Position numbers and translations under genes: made by a program. A stretch of DNA of 64,000 nt from Octopus vulgaris (lineage: Eukaryota), in NCBI GenBank assembly GCA_951406725.2, contig OX597836.1, forward strand, positions 3,162,001 to 3,226,000. The letters run 5' to 3'. This document shows, one piece after another, positions 15,345 to 29,140 of this stretch; the stretch's first letter is position 1; every line of letters begins with the position of its first letter. The notes below the pieces were generated by a model, which saw only the letters and a program-made list of their open reading frames with translations, was not told the origin of the DNA and made no database searches.

Positions 15345-15585
15345 AGAATGCAGTGTGATAATGCGTCGCTTCATCCATTATTTGCTAGCGATCCCTGGCG
15401 GATGTCACCTTTACATGATTCGGGAGACGACCCTCCAACCCATAGATCTGTTTGGGTTGGCGTTGCTGGTGATGTTCTAACAAGATCGAAGAGAAAATCT
15501 TGAGTCAGCCTCTTTTAGTCGCCTTTTACGACATGCAGAGAAAACGTTGGGTGTGTTGTTTGATAGCCGGTCACGATACAGCATA
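15345..15585 (-). mobile_element. SINE body with a Ceph-domain/RTE-5'UTR-like motif
   Basis: The minus strand reads TGCATGTCGTAAAAGGCGACTAAAAGAGG. Aligns by eye with 30310-30550. The domain name is from memory of the TGTCGTAAGAGGCGACTAA motif. Confidence 0.55.
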
Positions 15586-15710
15586 ATACTACATATACAC
15601 ACTGCATAATATCGTGATAAGTTTTGTCACAAACCCAAATACACATGCTAGTATATGTGTGTATATCTCTCTGTCCATCCATCTATCTGTCTGCCTGTCT
15701 GTAGATAGAC

Positions 15711-15749
<39 letters not shown>

Positions 15750-15843
15750 TATATATATATATAAATATAAGCACATATGTATATATATATATATATGTAT
15801 CTATCTAGGTACGTAGGTATCTATATGCATATGTATATAATTA

Positions 15844-15896
<53 letters not shown>

Positions 15897-16533
15897 TCAC
15901 CTATATAAGCACATGTACACGTGCGAGCCTCTCAAACGTACACACACAGAACTCACACACATATGCATACACAAACGTGTGTGTGTGTGTTTGTATGAAT
16001 TGGTTATATAGACAGGAAATAAAACTAGATAGATGGGGAGGGAGATAGATGGACAGTCACACTTAGGTATCTGAGTATGTGTGTGTATATACATATGTCT
16101 GCATGTCTATATGTGCATGTAATCACATATAATACATACATATAAATGTATGCATGTAATTTTCATTACATATATATGTGTGTGTGTATTATTATCGATT
16201 GACAAATATAGGAAAGTGTAACTATATGTCCTAATACGTATGTGCGTATATTACTATATATATTTATATATATATATATTACTATGTTCCGTTGAACATA
16301 TATATTACACATCAATCTCAATTCAGCAGAAGTCTTTTGACAACGCAGCAAAAAAGTAAAATGAATAAAAATAAATTAAAACTAAATAAAATGCAACATA
16401 CATCTACAAAATGGCGGACCAGACAAAACAGGACGTTCGCCATATTGAAAGCAATTTATATGGCATATTAATTTACAAAATATATATTACTTTCAGAAAA
16501 AACTTAAATATACATACACATAAACATACAGAG

Positions 16534-16571
<38 letters not shown>

Positions 16572-17059
16572 GTACGTGCATGTACGTGAGCGTGTGAGTT
16601 TGTGTGTATAGATATATGTATTAAAACTTATGTACTTTTAAATAAGTCAACTAATATTCTTTTTATGAAAAAGCAATAAAATGAAATCCATCTAATGTAC
16701 TTCATGATAATGTGGTCGAAACTATTAATATTACTTCTAATAATAATATTAGCAGCAATATATTTTATCAGAATAATGACAGGTGGGCAAAAAATAGCAG
16801 AAGACACACACACACACACACACACACGTTCGTAGAGAACACACAAGGGGGTGCCTACGTACGCAGATACACACTAGCAATGATGTATATTAATAGACAG
16901 GCAGACAGATATATCATATATATAGTATAGATAGATAGATAGATCATATATGTAGATAGATAGATAGATATATAGATATATGTAGATAGATAGATAGATA
17001 GATTATAAATATATTTATAGATAGATATCGATCATAAATATATTTATAGATAGATATCG

Positions 17060-17125
<66 letters not shown>

Positions 17126-17655
17126 TCATATATATCTTTTGAAGTTTGTATACTATTAATTTACATCGACATGCATACACACACACACATACACACATAT
17201 ATATATATGTATGTATATGCATGTGTGTGTGTGTGATAACATTCATTTCTAATCCCGAAATTAGTGTGTGGTAACATATTGAAAACACAACTACGTCCGT
17301 AGTGAGAACTTGTCCCGTCGATAGTAATAGCAAAAAAAATATGATAAAGGTATTTGATAAGGTGATGATTGACAGTTGGATGGAGTTAAATTGTAACAAA
17401 TAAACATTCTGCTCCTAATAGAGGAAACTGATAGAAATGATAAAATAGATTCGAAATAAGTGACAGGTATACAATAGAAAATCTTACGCGTAAACTATGA
17501 AAAGCCGTTGGCGGTTTAGCTTAAACCAACAAACAATGGAAGGAAATGATAGGCGACGTTTGTGGCCAATATTATTAAATTTTAGTGCTGCGAGCCCTGT
17601 ATAGTGGCAATTATTCTTTTATTTAACACTTCATATACATATGTTCATCCATCCA

Positions 17656-17704
<49 letters not shown>

Positions 17705-17721
17705 AAATATATATATATATA

Positions 17722-17920
17722 TTCTTTTATTTGTTTCAGTCATTTGACTGCTGCCATGCTGGAGCACCACCTTTAGTCGAGCAAGTTGACCCCCAGGAAT
17801 TATTCTTTGCAGGCCTGGTAATCTATTGATCTCTTTTGCCGAACTAAGTTATGGGGAAATAAACACACCAGCGTCGGCTGTCAAGCGATGTTGGGGGACA
17901 AGCACTCACACACAGCCGTA
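17722..17920 (-). mobile_element. SINE family A, 3' half
   Basis: TTGTTTCAGTCATTTGACTGCTGCCATGCTGGAGCACC...TGTCAAGCGATGTTGGGGGACAA. Confidence 0.9.
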
Positions 17921-17949
17921 TATATATATACACACTCAACACACACACA

Positions 17950-18505
17950 TATGTGTAATGATGTCAGTCTGCGTGTGTGTTTGGGGTTAGTCTAACCCCT
18001 CCCACACCGACCCACCGATTTTAATGAATTTTGGCACTTATATAGATCACATGACCTGAAGTTCTAATAAGCCCGGAATTTTTCGAAAACTTGATAATGC
18101 CAGTTGACATCGATTCTTGTGAGCTCAATCGGACGTTTTAATAGAAATTCCCATAACAATGCTTTTTTCCCTGCAGCTTTTGCATTTTTTGTCCGACTTT
18201 GATTAAAATCGATGAGTGGGCGAGGCTCATGGCAGTGAGTTGATATTAGTATATGGCTGCACCATTTAACACGTGATCATCGGCTGCAAAATCTCCGCTC
18301 CGTCAACAAAAGTTCGTCGCCTTCTTTGACCAGATTTCCTCCGCCTGCCACACATCTGCTCATCCTGCGACAGCCCGCCGAACCCGATATAACATCTTAC
18401 TGGGTAATAGTTGGCACGGGAAACGTAGAAGATTTCAATACAAGGTCAGAGGTGGATTTAACTTCAACACGGAAAACACGAGCAACGCCGGGTCCAACAG
18501 CTAAT
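17950..18505 (+). mobile_element. Non-autonomous Helitron-like element
   Basis: 5' part has a GT-rich tract then ACCGATTTTAATGAATTTTGGCAC. The 3' end ACACGAGCAACGCCGGGT-CCAACAG-CTAAT resembles the CCCGGGCAACGCCGGG hairpin plus CTRR terminus of Helitrons. Confidence 0.6.
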
Positions 18506-19169
18506 AAATAATAAATCAATAAAATAATAATAATAATAATGTAAATGAAGAATATAAATACGGACTTACAAATTAAGTTGTGACATCAACAAAAGACCTA
18601 CTAAATTATTGCTTCGGACATTATTTTATTTATTTATTAGTTATTATTATTATTATTATTTATTTATTTTTGTATGAATGGTTCTGTAGAAGAGTTTACG
18701 TTTTAAGCACTGGGTTTATTTTAATGGATAACTTTTACTGACGTTAAACGGTCGGTCGTCTGCTTTGCTTCAAACAGTTGATCAATACTTAATCTGGAAT
18801 TTTCGTTTTTACGTTCTTTCTTTTGTTTTGTTCTGTTTTGTTTTTAATTCTTTAACAAAGGTTTTATCGAAGAAATTTTTACTGTTCCAATTTTAGGAAT
18901 TTGTAAATTTCAATAATTAATTTTCGACTGACATCAAATGTCAGTTCGCTGTTTGGTCCGAAGCAAGCTGCTGGTCAATCTTTTGATGTCATCTAAAATT
19001 GATTTGAAACTTTACTTTTTTTTACTATATATTTTAAAATTTTTTATTATCATCATCAAAAGACTTCATCAAAGAATTCCAAACGATTCGTTATGATTTT
19101 AAATTTCAGGCAAGCCCTCGCTACCTATCTGTACGATATGTTGCTACAGTTTATTTACTTGTGGTTTGT

Positions 19170-19538
19170 ATTCTTTAATCTTTTACTTGTTTCATTCATT
19201 GGACTTTGGCCATGCTGGTGCACCACTTTGAAGAATTTTAGTCGAATGAATCGCCTCCAGTATTTATCATATATTTCCAATTCTGCTACTTATCCCATTT
19301 GACTTTCTTAAAGAACCGTGCAGTTCCGGGGATGCAAACAAACCCACAACAGTTGTGAACGCGTAGATAGCTAGATATGAGGGGCTTCTTTTAGTTTATG
19401 TCTACAAAATTCACTGACACGACATTAGTCGGCCGGAGGCTATAGTTAAGAGCACTTACCTAAGACGCCATGCAGCGAGACTGAACCTGGAATCGAATGG
19501 ATGAGAAGCTAACTCCTTACCACGCGGCCACGCCCGCA
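19170..19538 (-). mobile_element. SINE family A, old full-length degenerate copy
   Basis: CTTTTACTTGTTTCATTCATTGGACT...GGCCATGCTGG at the tail; GACTGAACCTGGAA...TTACCACGCGGCCACGCCCGC at the head. Confidence 0.8.
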
Positions 19539-20149
19539 AAATAGATGTATTTTATTTGTCCTTATTTCATTGGATGTTTATATCAGAACAAAGACAAATT
19601 AGGAAAGACGAAGAATTTTGCGGTTTCTTTGTTATATTCATGTCTAAATATTCACTCAGAGGAATCTCTTTTTGGTTAGGATATCCTGTTCGTCGCCTAA
19701 GACTAATGAGTCTGGTTCTCCTAGCAAGGTTTTTGCGGTTTTTTGCCCTTTACAATCTTCGTTATACTCATTACATTTCACAGTAAATATTGAATTTGTT
19801 GACGAATAAGTGAAGTGATATTTTCATATTGAAAATGCATTCTGATTTCAGTATGTGACTTCTATGAGGTCGATGCTAATGTTTGCAATTCGGGCAACCA
19901 CAATATTTGACTATCCTTGATAGGTGATATGGAACTGACCAGTAATTTCCAAAGGCATTTCAGGTCTCTTTTGCTTTTAACGAGAATATTTCGAGTTCTT
20001 GTCTCATTATCGAGCTTACTTCAATAATGGAATGTTTTAATTGAAAATCTTGTAAGCTGCCTTATTTCTTAGGCGGCAAGTTGTGATGCAAGCTACAATA
20101 GTTTGTACACTGGAATATCGATAATTACTATTATCATTATTATTAACGT

Positions 20150-20332
20150 GAGGTAATCCTTTGCACACTGGCAAAACACTTAGCGGCATTTCGTGCGTTT
20201 TAAGTTCAAATTCCACCGATGTCGATATTTGCTATTTATCTTTCCAGGTTCGATAAAATAATACCAGTTGAACTCTGGGTTTAATGCAATCGATTTACCC
20301 CCAAACCAGAAATTGCTGGCCTTGTGCCAACA
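20150..20332 (+). mobile_element. SINE family B, degenerate
   Basis: CTTAGCGGCATTTCG...AGTTCAAATTCCACCGATGTCGA...CGATAAAATAATACCAGTT...GCTGGCCTTGTGCCAA. Confidence 0.75.
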
Positions 20333-20367
20333 TTTTTTTTACTATTATTATTATTATTATTATTGTT

Positions 20368-20545
20368 ATATAAAAAGCCACAGCTTATATTGCTGGGTAT
20401 GATGGAAATTGTCAGCTGTCCACAGCCAGCAGACCAAAGTGACAATTGTTTACTGGTCATGCTTCAAGAACCCTGCAGCGAAGAATTCTTGCAGTTCCAA
20501 GCATTGCTGATTTTTGTAGGAGTTCTACCTTCACACTTGCACCGT
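20368..20545 (-). mobile_element. Dong/R4-clade non-LTR retrotransposon, 3' fragment
   Basis: The minus strand translates LLQKSAMLGTARILRCRVLEA*, matching the QKxxLLGTAxILRxVL C-terminus of R4/Dong ORFs. The 3' end runs into a (TAA)n tract. Confidence 0.75.
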
Positions 20546-21430
20546 CCTTTTTCAGACTCTTCCCCTGTTGGTTTGGCGAAGGAGTCGGGCTGGGCTGTCC
20601 GAGGACAGGACTTGCACAAGCCATTGGGGCGTTTTATAAGTGATGGGTCGCTCAGTTCCCCTCACCACCCCGCTATTAACAGAGATTTAAAAATAATATT
20701 GACAGACATATTATTGTTGTTCTTCTTCTTGTCCTTGTTCTACTTCCTTTTCTTTGTATTCCTTCCATGTTATTGATCCGTATTGTTGCGAATTGTCGTT
20801 TAAGTAGTTCTTGGAATCCTCATTACCGAATTCCACTATGCAAAACTAACTATCAACTATAAAAATGAAATACCGGCGATGAAGGTTGTACCAGTTCCTT
20901 TGATCAGCACTTTCACAAAAGTACTGATGGTTGGTAAAGTTTTTTATCTTTATTATAGTAAAAACCAACAGAAGAAAATAATAATATTGTCCTTCCGCCA
21001 AGTCAGACATGATTAAGAGTGACAGCACAGAAGGGAGGTAATTGAACATAAAGTCAAACGAAACCGAGAAATCAAGGTCTCAATATTTCCATAATTTCTC
21101 CAATAATACTACTCAAATTATTTATTGAATCATTGTTTTTTTGTTGTTGGTTTTTGTAGAAGTATTGAGTTACTTTCCCTTCTATCAAAACACGATACGA
21201 GCATAATATATTTCTGTATGTATTATGGATAATGTTTAGGGAAAAAAAATTAAAGAAATGTTAAGATATTGACCGCAGTGAGAGGTCTGTCCTTGAGCCC
21301 AATCATAAACCTCCCCAGCTGTCACTCCTAATCAAGTAAGACTTGTCATACAATTTTGTTTTTATTTTTTACCTATAAAGATAGTAGAGGAAATTATGTG
21401 AGTGTGTACATGTGTGTGTATATCTATCTA

Positions 21431-21467
<37 letters not shown>

Positions 21468-21511
21468 ATATATATACACTTTATTTAAAGCAGCAGAAAA
21501 TTCAACAAAAT

Positions 21512-21549
21512 CTGTTACTCTGAGTTTCTCGTTACCGTTCATCAGACAG
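21512..21549 (-). ncRNA. Minimal type-I hammerhead motif on the opposite arm
   Basis: The minus strand reads CTGT-CTGATGA-ACGGTAACGA-GAAA-CTCAGAG-TA-ACAG. Confidence 0.7.
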
Positions 21550-21576
21550 TTTTTATCGGTTCCATTCTAGCAAAAA

Positions 21577-21614
21577 CTGTCTGATGAACGGCAACGAGAA
21601 ACTCAGAGTAACAG
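21577..21614 (+). ncRNA. Minimal type-I hammerhead ribozyme motif
   Basis: CTGT-CTGATGA-ACG(GCAA)CGA-GAAA-CTC(A)GAG-TA-ACAG. The core is intact, stem II has a GNRA loop with an A.A mismatch at its base, the triplet is GUA (predicted cut after 21610), and stem I is CTGT/ACAG. Confidence 0.75.
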
Positions 21615-21749
21615 ATTTTGTTGAATTTTCTGCTGCTTTAAATAAAGCATATTACTCTACCACTGGTATTTGAGTACTCCTTTTCCCACCTTGTTTCACA
21701 TTTATGTATTTACTCCGGTATATATATATATGTATATATGTCATCATCA

Positions 21750-21990
21750 TCTTGACATTCTTCATTGTCATCGTTGTTTTGGCGTCTGCTATTTCAGTGC
21801 TCACGTGATTCAGTCGGCATTCGCTGAAGCGGATATTTTTTACAGCAGGATGTCCTTCCAGTTGCCCAACTTCAACAATATCCAACTATGATAATGTTAC
21901 CCCTTGGCTGAGCATATTTTCACGAAAGACTAGTAAACAATGGTAGCGCTTTTGTGACTGTATAAGTTCCCTACAACCAAGACGTGATAT
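21750..21990 (-). mobile_element. Degenerate SINE/RTE-associated repeat fragment
   Basis: The minus strand reads GTTGGGCAACTGGAAGGACATCCTGCTGTAAAA, resembling the GGAAGGGCATCCGGCTGTAAAA motif of RTE-related repeats. Confidence 0.45.
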
Positions 21991-23109
21991 CAGAATGCAT
22001 GCATATAAGTATAAATATGTACATCGTTCTTACGCTAGAAAGTGGTGCACGCGTGCAGAAATTTCGAAGTGCTTTAACTGATGACGTTTTACGTAGCGGA
22101 TGAGTGTTCTATAATATATATCGGAAACCAGAAACACACGTACTAAATGACTTCAAAGCATCACTGTTTAATTTGACCTCGTTATTTCAAACAAAGAAAC
22201 AAACACACACAAACACGAATATACGCAAACACACACTAACACATGAATACACACGCATACATCTTATTGTGTCTCTAACACAGTATATCTATAAGAGATG
22301 TTATCCCAGGACAACATTCCGCTCGCATTGACTGACCCATTCAAGGTTTTTTGGGGGTTTTTTGGCATTTAGTATGTTACACAGGTTCCTAATTTAACTT
22401 AAGTCTGTCTCTGTTGCGTATACCGAATGTATAATTCTCACTTAAGCATTTACTAACAAAACCGACTGCTCCAATTATTATTGGCATGAATATGAATTTA
22501 TAGTCTGGATATGGAAGCCAGAGACTTCGAAGCAGTTTTCGAAAGATATCCTCTCTTTTTCCTTGATTTTCAAGGAGATATTTATATCTGCAGGGCAGTC
22601 AACCTCTATGGTCGTACATACCTTTGCCCCTCTCTCCCAAACAACAATATCCAGCTTACGTATGTAACTATCTATCTATCTATCTATCTATCCCTCTCTC
22701 AATCTATTTATCTCTCTATCTATCTATCAATCCCTATATCTATCTATCTACGTATCTGCGTATCTATCTGTCTATCTCTGCATATCTATCTGTCTGCCTG
22801 TCTGTGTATCTACATAGAGATACTGAGATGTATAATGTGTGTTCAAGTGTGTTTACGCAAATGGTAGTGCTTATACATAAATACGCACATGTATGCCTCC
22901 GTGCATACACACATTAACATAAGTGTGTAGGTGTGTATACATGTGAATGCATTTACATGTGTATATGTGGGAACATATATACATGAGAGCATACATAAAT
23001 ACATACGTTTATACACACACACACACACAAATATATCTGTATATGTGTTTGTCCATGTATGTATGTATGTATGTATGCATAACTATGTATGTAAATATAT
23101 ATGTATAAA

Positions 23110-23227
23110 CTCATATATATATATATATATATATATATTTAAATATATATGTCTGTGTGTGTATATAATATAATATATATATATATATATATATATTTAA
23201 ATATATATGTCTGTGTGTGTGTATATA

Positions 23228-23271
<44 letters not shown>

Positions 23272-23299
23272 AATATATATGTCTGTGTGTGTGTATATA

Positions 23300-23335
<36 letters not shown>
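23110..23335. repeat. Higher-order repeat, 3 copies with variable (TA)n spacers
   Basis: TAAATATATATGTCTGTGTGTGT..ATATAATATAA(TA)n repeated three times. Confidence 0.85.
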
Positions 23336-23338
<3 letters not shown>

Positions 23339-23630
23339 TAGTTTTAATGTGACGTTTTTCAGATAGAAATTTTTAAAAGAAAATGCGTTTAATTACGGCT
23401 GAATTGATACATCTATAAATAGAATGGAAAGTAGGGTAAATGAAGATGAAAAGAAGACAAACACAACCAAAATGTAAAAAAAGGGAAATCGAGACAAAAC
23501 CACATTTTTCCTGGGCACGAACTTCAATGTAATTAGAAAATAATGTTTAGGGTTATATATAAGTTAAATATATGTTTAAATACAAATGAAATTGCTTCTA
23601 TGTTCCTATATATACACACATATATATTTG

Positions 23631-23662
<32 letters not shown>

Positions 23663-23710
23663 TGTATATATATATTTATATGCACATATATACGTACATA
23701 TGTATGTATG

Positions 23711-23745
<35 letters not shown>

Positions 23746-23812
23746 CTATGCATATATATATGTACATATATATATTATATATATATATATATATATTTCT
23801 ATATGTATGTAC

Positions 23813-23844
<32 letters not shown>

Positions 23845-23871
23845 TTCTATGCACATATATACGTACATATG

Positions 23872-23912
<41 letters not shown>

Positions 23913-24333
23913 GCACACATACATAAGTCTTTGCTTGTTTGTGGATATATGTTACATTTATATGAATGTACATACGTACATATACACGTGTATATATATA
24001 TGCATGTACATTATTGTGTGTTTGTGTGTGTGGGCATGTTCATGCAGAAAAAGAGAAAAGCTGAGAGAAATGTAGCTGGGCGGATTTGCACTGATATGTT
24101 TCGGAATCTTTAATGATATTCAAAATTCTTCTTTTAATTCGATTTCACCACGTGATATTCAGTACAACGAAACTCTGTGTTTATTTGAAGAATGGATGAA
24201 TATATTTTCCGATTTATCTCATTCATTTAGATTTTATTTTACTTTTTTATATATTTAGCAATTTTTATAAACAATTTACACGATGAAGCGCCCTTTGTCA
24301 TCCTGAAATTTTCTGTTTCCAGCTATGCTAATA

Positions 24334-24404
<71 letters not shown>

Positions 24405-24506
24405 ATTTACGAGTGTAACAATGCATGCGTATGCACAAGTCTGTGCTTATATATATATATATATATATATATACCTACACATTCAGATATACATACATAG
24501 ATATAA

Positions 24507-24546
<40 letters not shown>

Positions 24547-24650
24547 GTTTGTGAGTGTATAAATATTTATATACATATTTATATATATATAAATATATAT
24601 ACTCATACATACATATTTATGTATATACATATATATGTACATGTATATAT

Positions 24651-25050
24651 CTTTACTCTTTTACTTGTTTCAGTCATTTTGACTGCGGCCATGCTGGAGC
24701 ACCGCCTTTAATCGAGCAACTCGACCCCGGGACTTATTCTTTGTAAGACCAGTACTTATTCTATCGGTCTTTTTGCCGAACCACTAAGTGACGGGGACAT
24801 AAACACACCAGCATCAGTTGTCAAGCAATGCTAGGGGGACAAACACAGACACACAAACACACACATATATATATATATACATATATACGACGGGTTTCTT
24901 TCAGTTTCCGTCTGCCAAATCCACTCACAAGGCTTTGGTCGGCCCGAGGCTATAGTAGAAGACACTTTCCCTGGGTACCGCGCAGTGGGACTGAACCCGG
25001 AACCATGTGGTTGGTAAACAAGCTACCTACCACACAGCCACTCCTGCGCC
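24651..25050 (-). mobile_element. SINE family A, full-length (tRNA-derived, CORE-like; octopus OR-type)
   Basis: The minus-strand head GGCGCAGGAGTGGCTGTGTGGTAGG...GGTTCAGTCCC has Pol III A and B boxes. It has an internal TA/CA tract and a 3' AAGTAAAAGAG repeat tail. Confidence 0.93.
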
Positions 25051-25051
25051 G

Positions 25052-26992
<1,941 letters not shown>

Positions 26993-27753
26993 GCATTTAT
27001 GAATATATGTTTGTATTAAATTTACGTGTGTCTGTGATGAATAGTTGTGTACTTGTGCATGCTTAGTTTAGCATCTACATCTGCTAAAGATAGCGAACCA
27101 AAGACAAAACTAACAACATGACTTCTTGTACGAAGCAACAAACAAACTTCGTACCCAAACCCCGAACGCTACACAATATTTTCTCCTGTCGACTGCAATA
27201 AAACTTTCAACTAACAATCTACAAACTTATGATTTTTTCTCAATAACTGAATATTAACTACTTGAAAAACCTCGCACATCATTTATCATAGATAATGGCA
27301 AATAAATAGCATTGTTCTGCTTGGTTGATTTTAATGAAGTTATGGAGTGTATCAATATCAGAATCTCTAATCCATCATAGATGTGTGTGGGTGTGTCATA
27401 TACTTTTTTTTCTTACGTTGTTTTTATATTATATTATAGTTTTTCTTTTCGTGTTGCCTTTGTTGTTTTTCCAGATTGTTTTGTTTTTTTCCAATCTGTT
27501 TTTGTTTATCATTTTGTTTTTGTTTTTTTTCTTTTTTGTATTTCATCTATGGTTTTGGTTTTCTGCTATTCTTATTTTTGTAGAGTTTGGTATGGTGGGG
27601 TGTTATAGATTGTCATTGAAGTTTCAAACATTTGCTTGTGTCTGTTCTATGTATATACACAAGTTTGTGTATGTATATACATATATATGCACATATATAT
27701 TTATATATATATATATGTGTGTGTGTTTGTACATACATAGACACACACACACA

Positions 27754-28864
27754 CATGCAATGCATCCCGGTGTTGCCCGGGTGTTATGACATACAGCCAC
27801 GTTGTAATATTTGTTTCTTTCTTATGGGCAGACTCGGCCCACGAGGAGTGTGAAGCAAACAACTCTTCTGTAGTCATTTTGTGAAGAACAAATACTGAAA
27901 TTGTTGACATCAAAAACATAAAATGACAGCTTAGATTAGAAGGAAATCCTAATATTGTCCCCAGAATTCCTTAGACTTTCGGATTAAAAGAATTGGATGA
28001 CGTATGTGGACGTAGAGGTATCCGTATTACAGAAAGTAAGGTACATGGAAAGAAAGCCTTCTTCATTGTGAAAAGCATCATCTCTAATGTTTGGGCAGAC
28101 TGCACACTTCAATATATGTTAACTGAAGCCGTCAATGCTTCTGGGTCAACTATGATTTGCGTAACCCTAGAGAGAATGCGACATATAGTTGTCCATGAGA
28201 AAAGCAGAGCATTTGTAAATTGAGACCCGAAATTTTTAAGGTTTGTTGATTGCCATAGCGAAGCACAATCGCACTGGGAATTGGAGGCGCTTAAATTAAA
28301 ATGACTCATTTGAGGAGGAAAGGGGCATCCGTGGGTGGAATGTATGCGATCTGTTCTCGATGACAGCTGGTAATAATGGTTGCTTGGGGAACAGGAATTG
28401 TCGTTGTAGTTATAGTCCATCTTGTAGCTTTGTTTGGTGAGGTGGGTTGATATTCCTCTAGACCATGATAGGTGCAACTTTCTTTAGGAATAACTTATGT
28501 TGTGGCAGTCCTGTGGGTTGTAGAGAGTTGAGAAATACGACAGGATACTCAACAGAGAGATAGTGAGTGAGTGAGTGAAGGTGTGTGGCGTGATGCTGGA
28601 TGTCTTTTGAGGTAAACACTCATAGAGAAAATGTGACGTCGTCGTCGTCGTATCGTATAAACTGTTTACGATAGTTGACTTATGGAAAATATTATAATTT
28701 TAGATTATTGTAATACAAATATGTCAATGAAAGTAAAGTCTAGTTAGTAGCAGAAGTAGTGCTGAATCTTTTGATATCCTATACGTCACAATTGGCAACT
28801 CGGTTTTGGAAAGCATAAGGAACATAAACACACACACACACACACACACGAACTCTTTTATAGA
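27754..28864 (-). mobile_element. Internally deleted Helitron
   Basis: Putative 5' end A|TCTATAAAAG followed by (GT)n at 28864. The 3' hairpin CCCGG-GCAACA-CCGGG (27766-27781) is followed by CATG in place of CTAG. A helicase relic lies inside. Confidence 0.8.
28105..28550 (-). pseudogene. Helitron RepHel Pif1-type helicase C-terminal fragment
   Basis: Manual minus-strand translation gives EYPVVFLNSLQPTGLPQHKLFLKKVAPIMV*RNINPP, PRMPLSSSNESF*FKRLQFPVRLCFAMAINK and CFSHGQLYVAFS. Stops and frameshifts are present and SQGQ is deleted. Confidence 0.93.
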
Positions 28865-29012
28865 TATACAGAGAGAGAGAGAGAACATTCTGCAATTAGC
28901 AGCTAGTACTGATGTCCCGAAACAGTTGTAGAGATTTCTAATGAAAACATGTTCATTTCATTTTGTAGTATTAAAGTTCATTTATTTATAACTATCTCTC
29001 GATCAAGTTTGG

Positions 29013-29140
<128 letters not shown>

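Larger units (their letters stand above)
21479..21720 (+). mobile_element. Foldback hammerhead element, copy 1 (PLE pLTR-derived, non-coding)
   Basis: 76-bp arms at 21479-21554 and 21572-21647 differ at one position and enclose a 17-nt loop. A 73-bp tail follows. (TA)n flanks both sides. A homologous copy lies inverted at 55776-55991. Confidence 0.85.

Noticed and set aside
24985-25050. tRNA-like heads of SINE A copies, and the relic at ~44310-44375, as tRNA genes
   Set aside because: They have A/B boxes but no complete cloverleaf, and the SINE A heads continue directly into SINE bodies.
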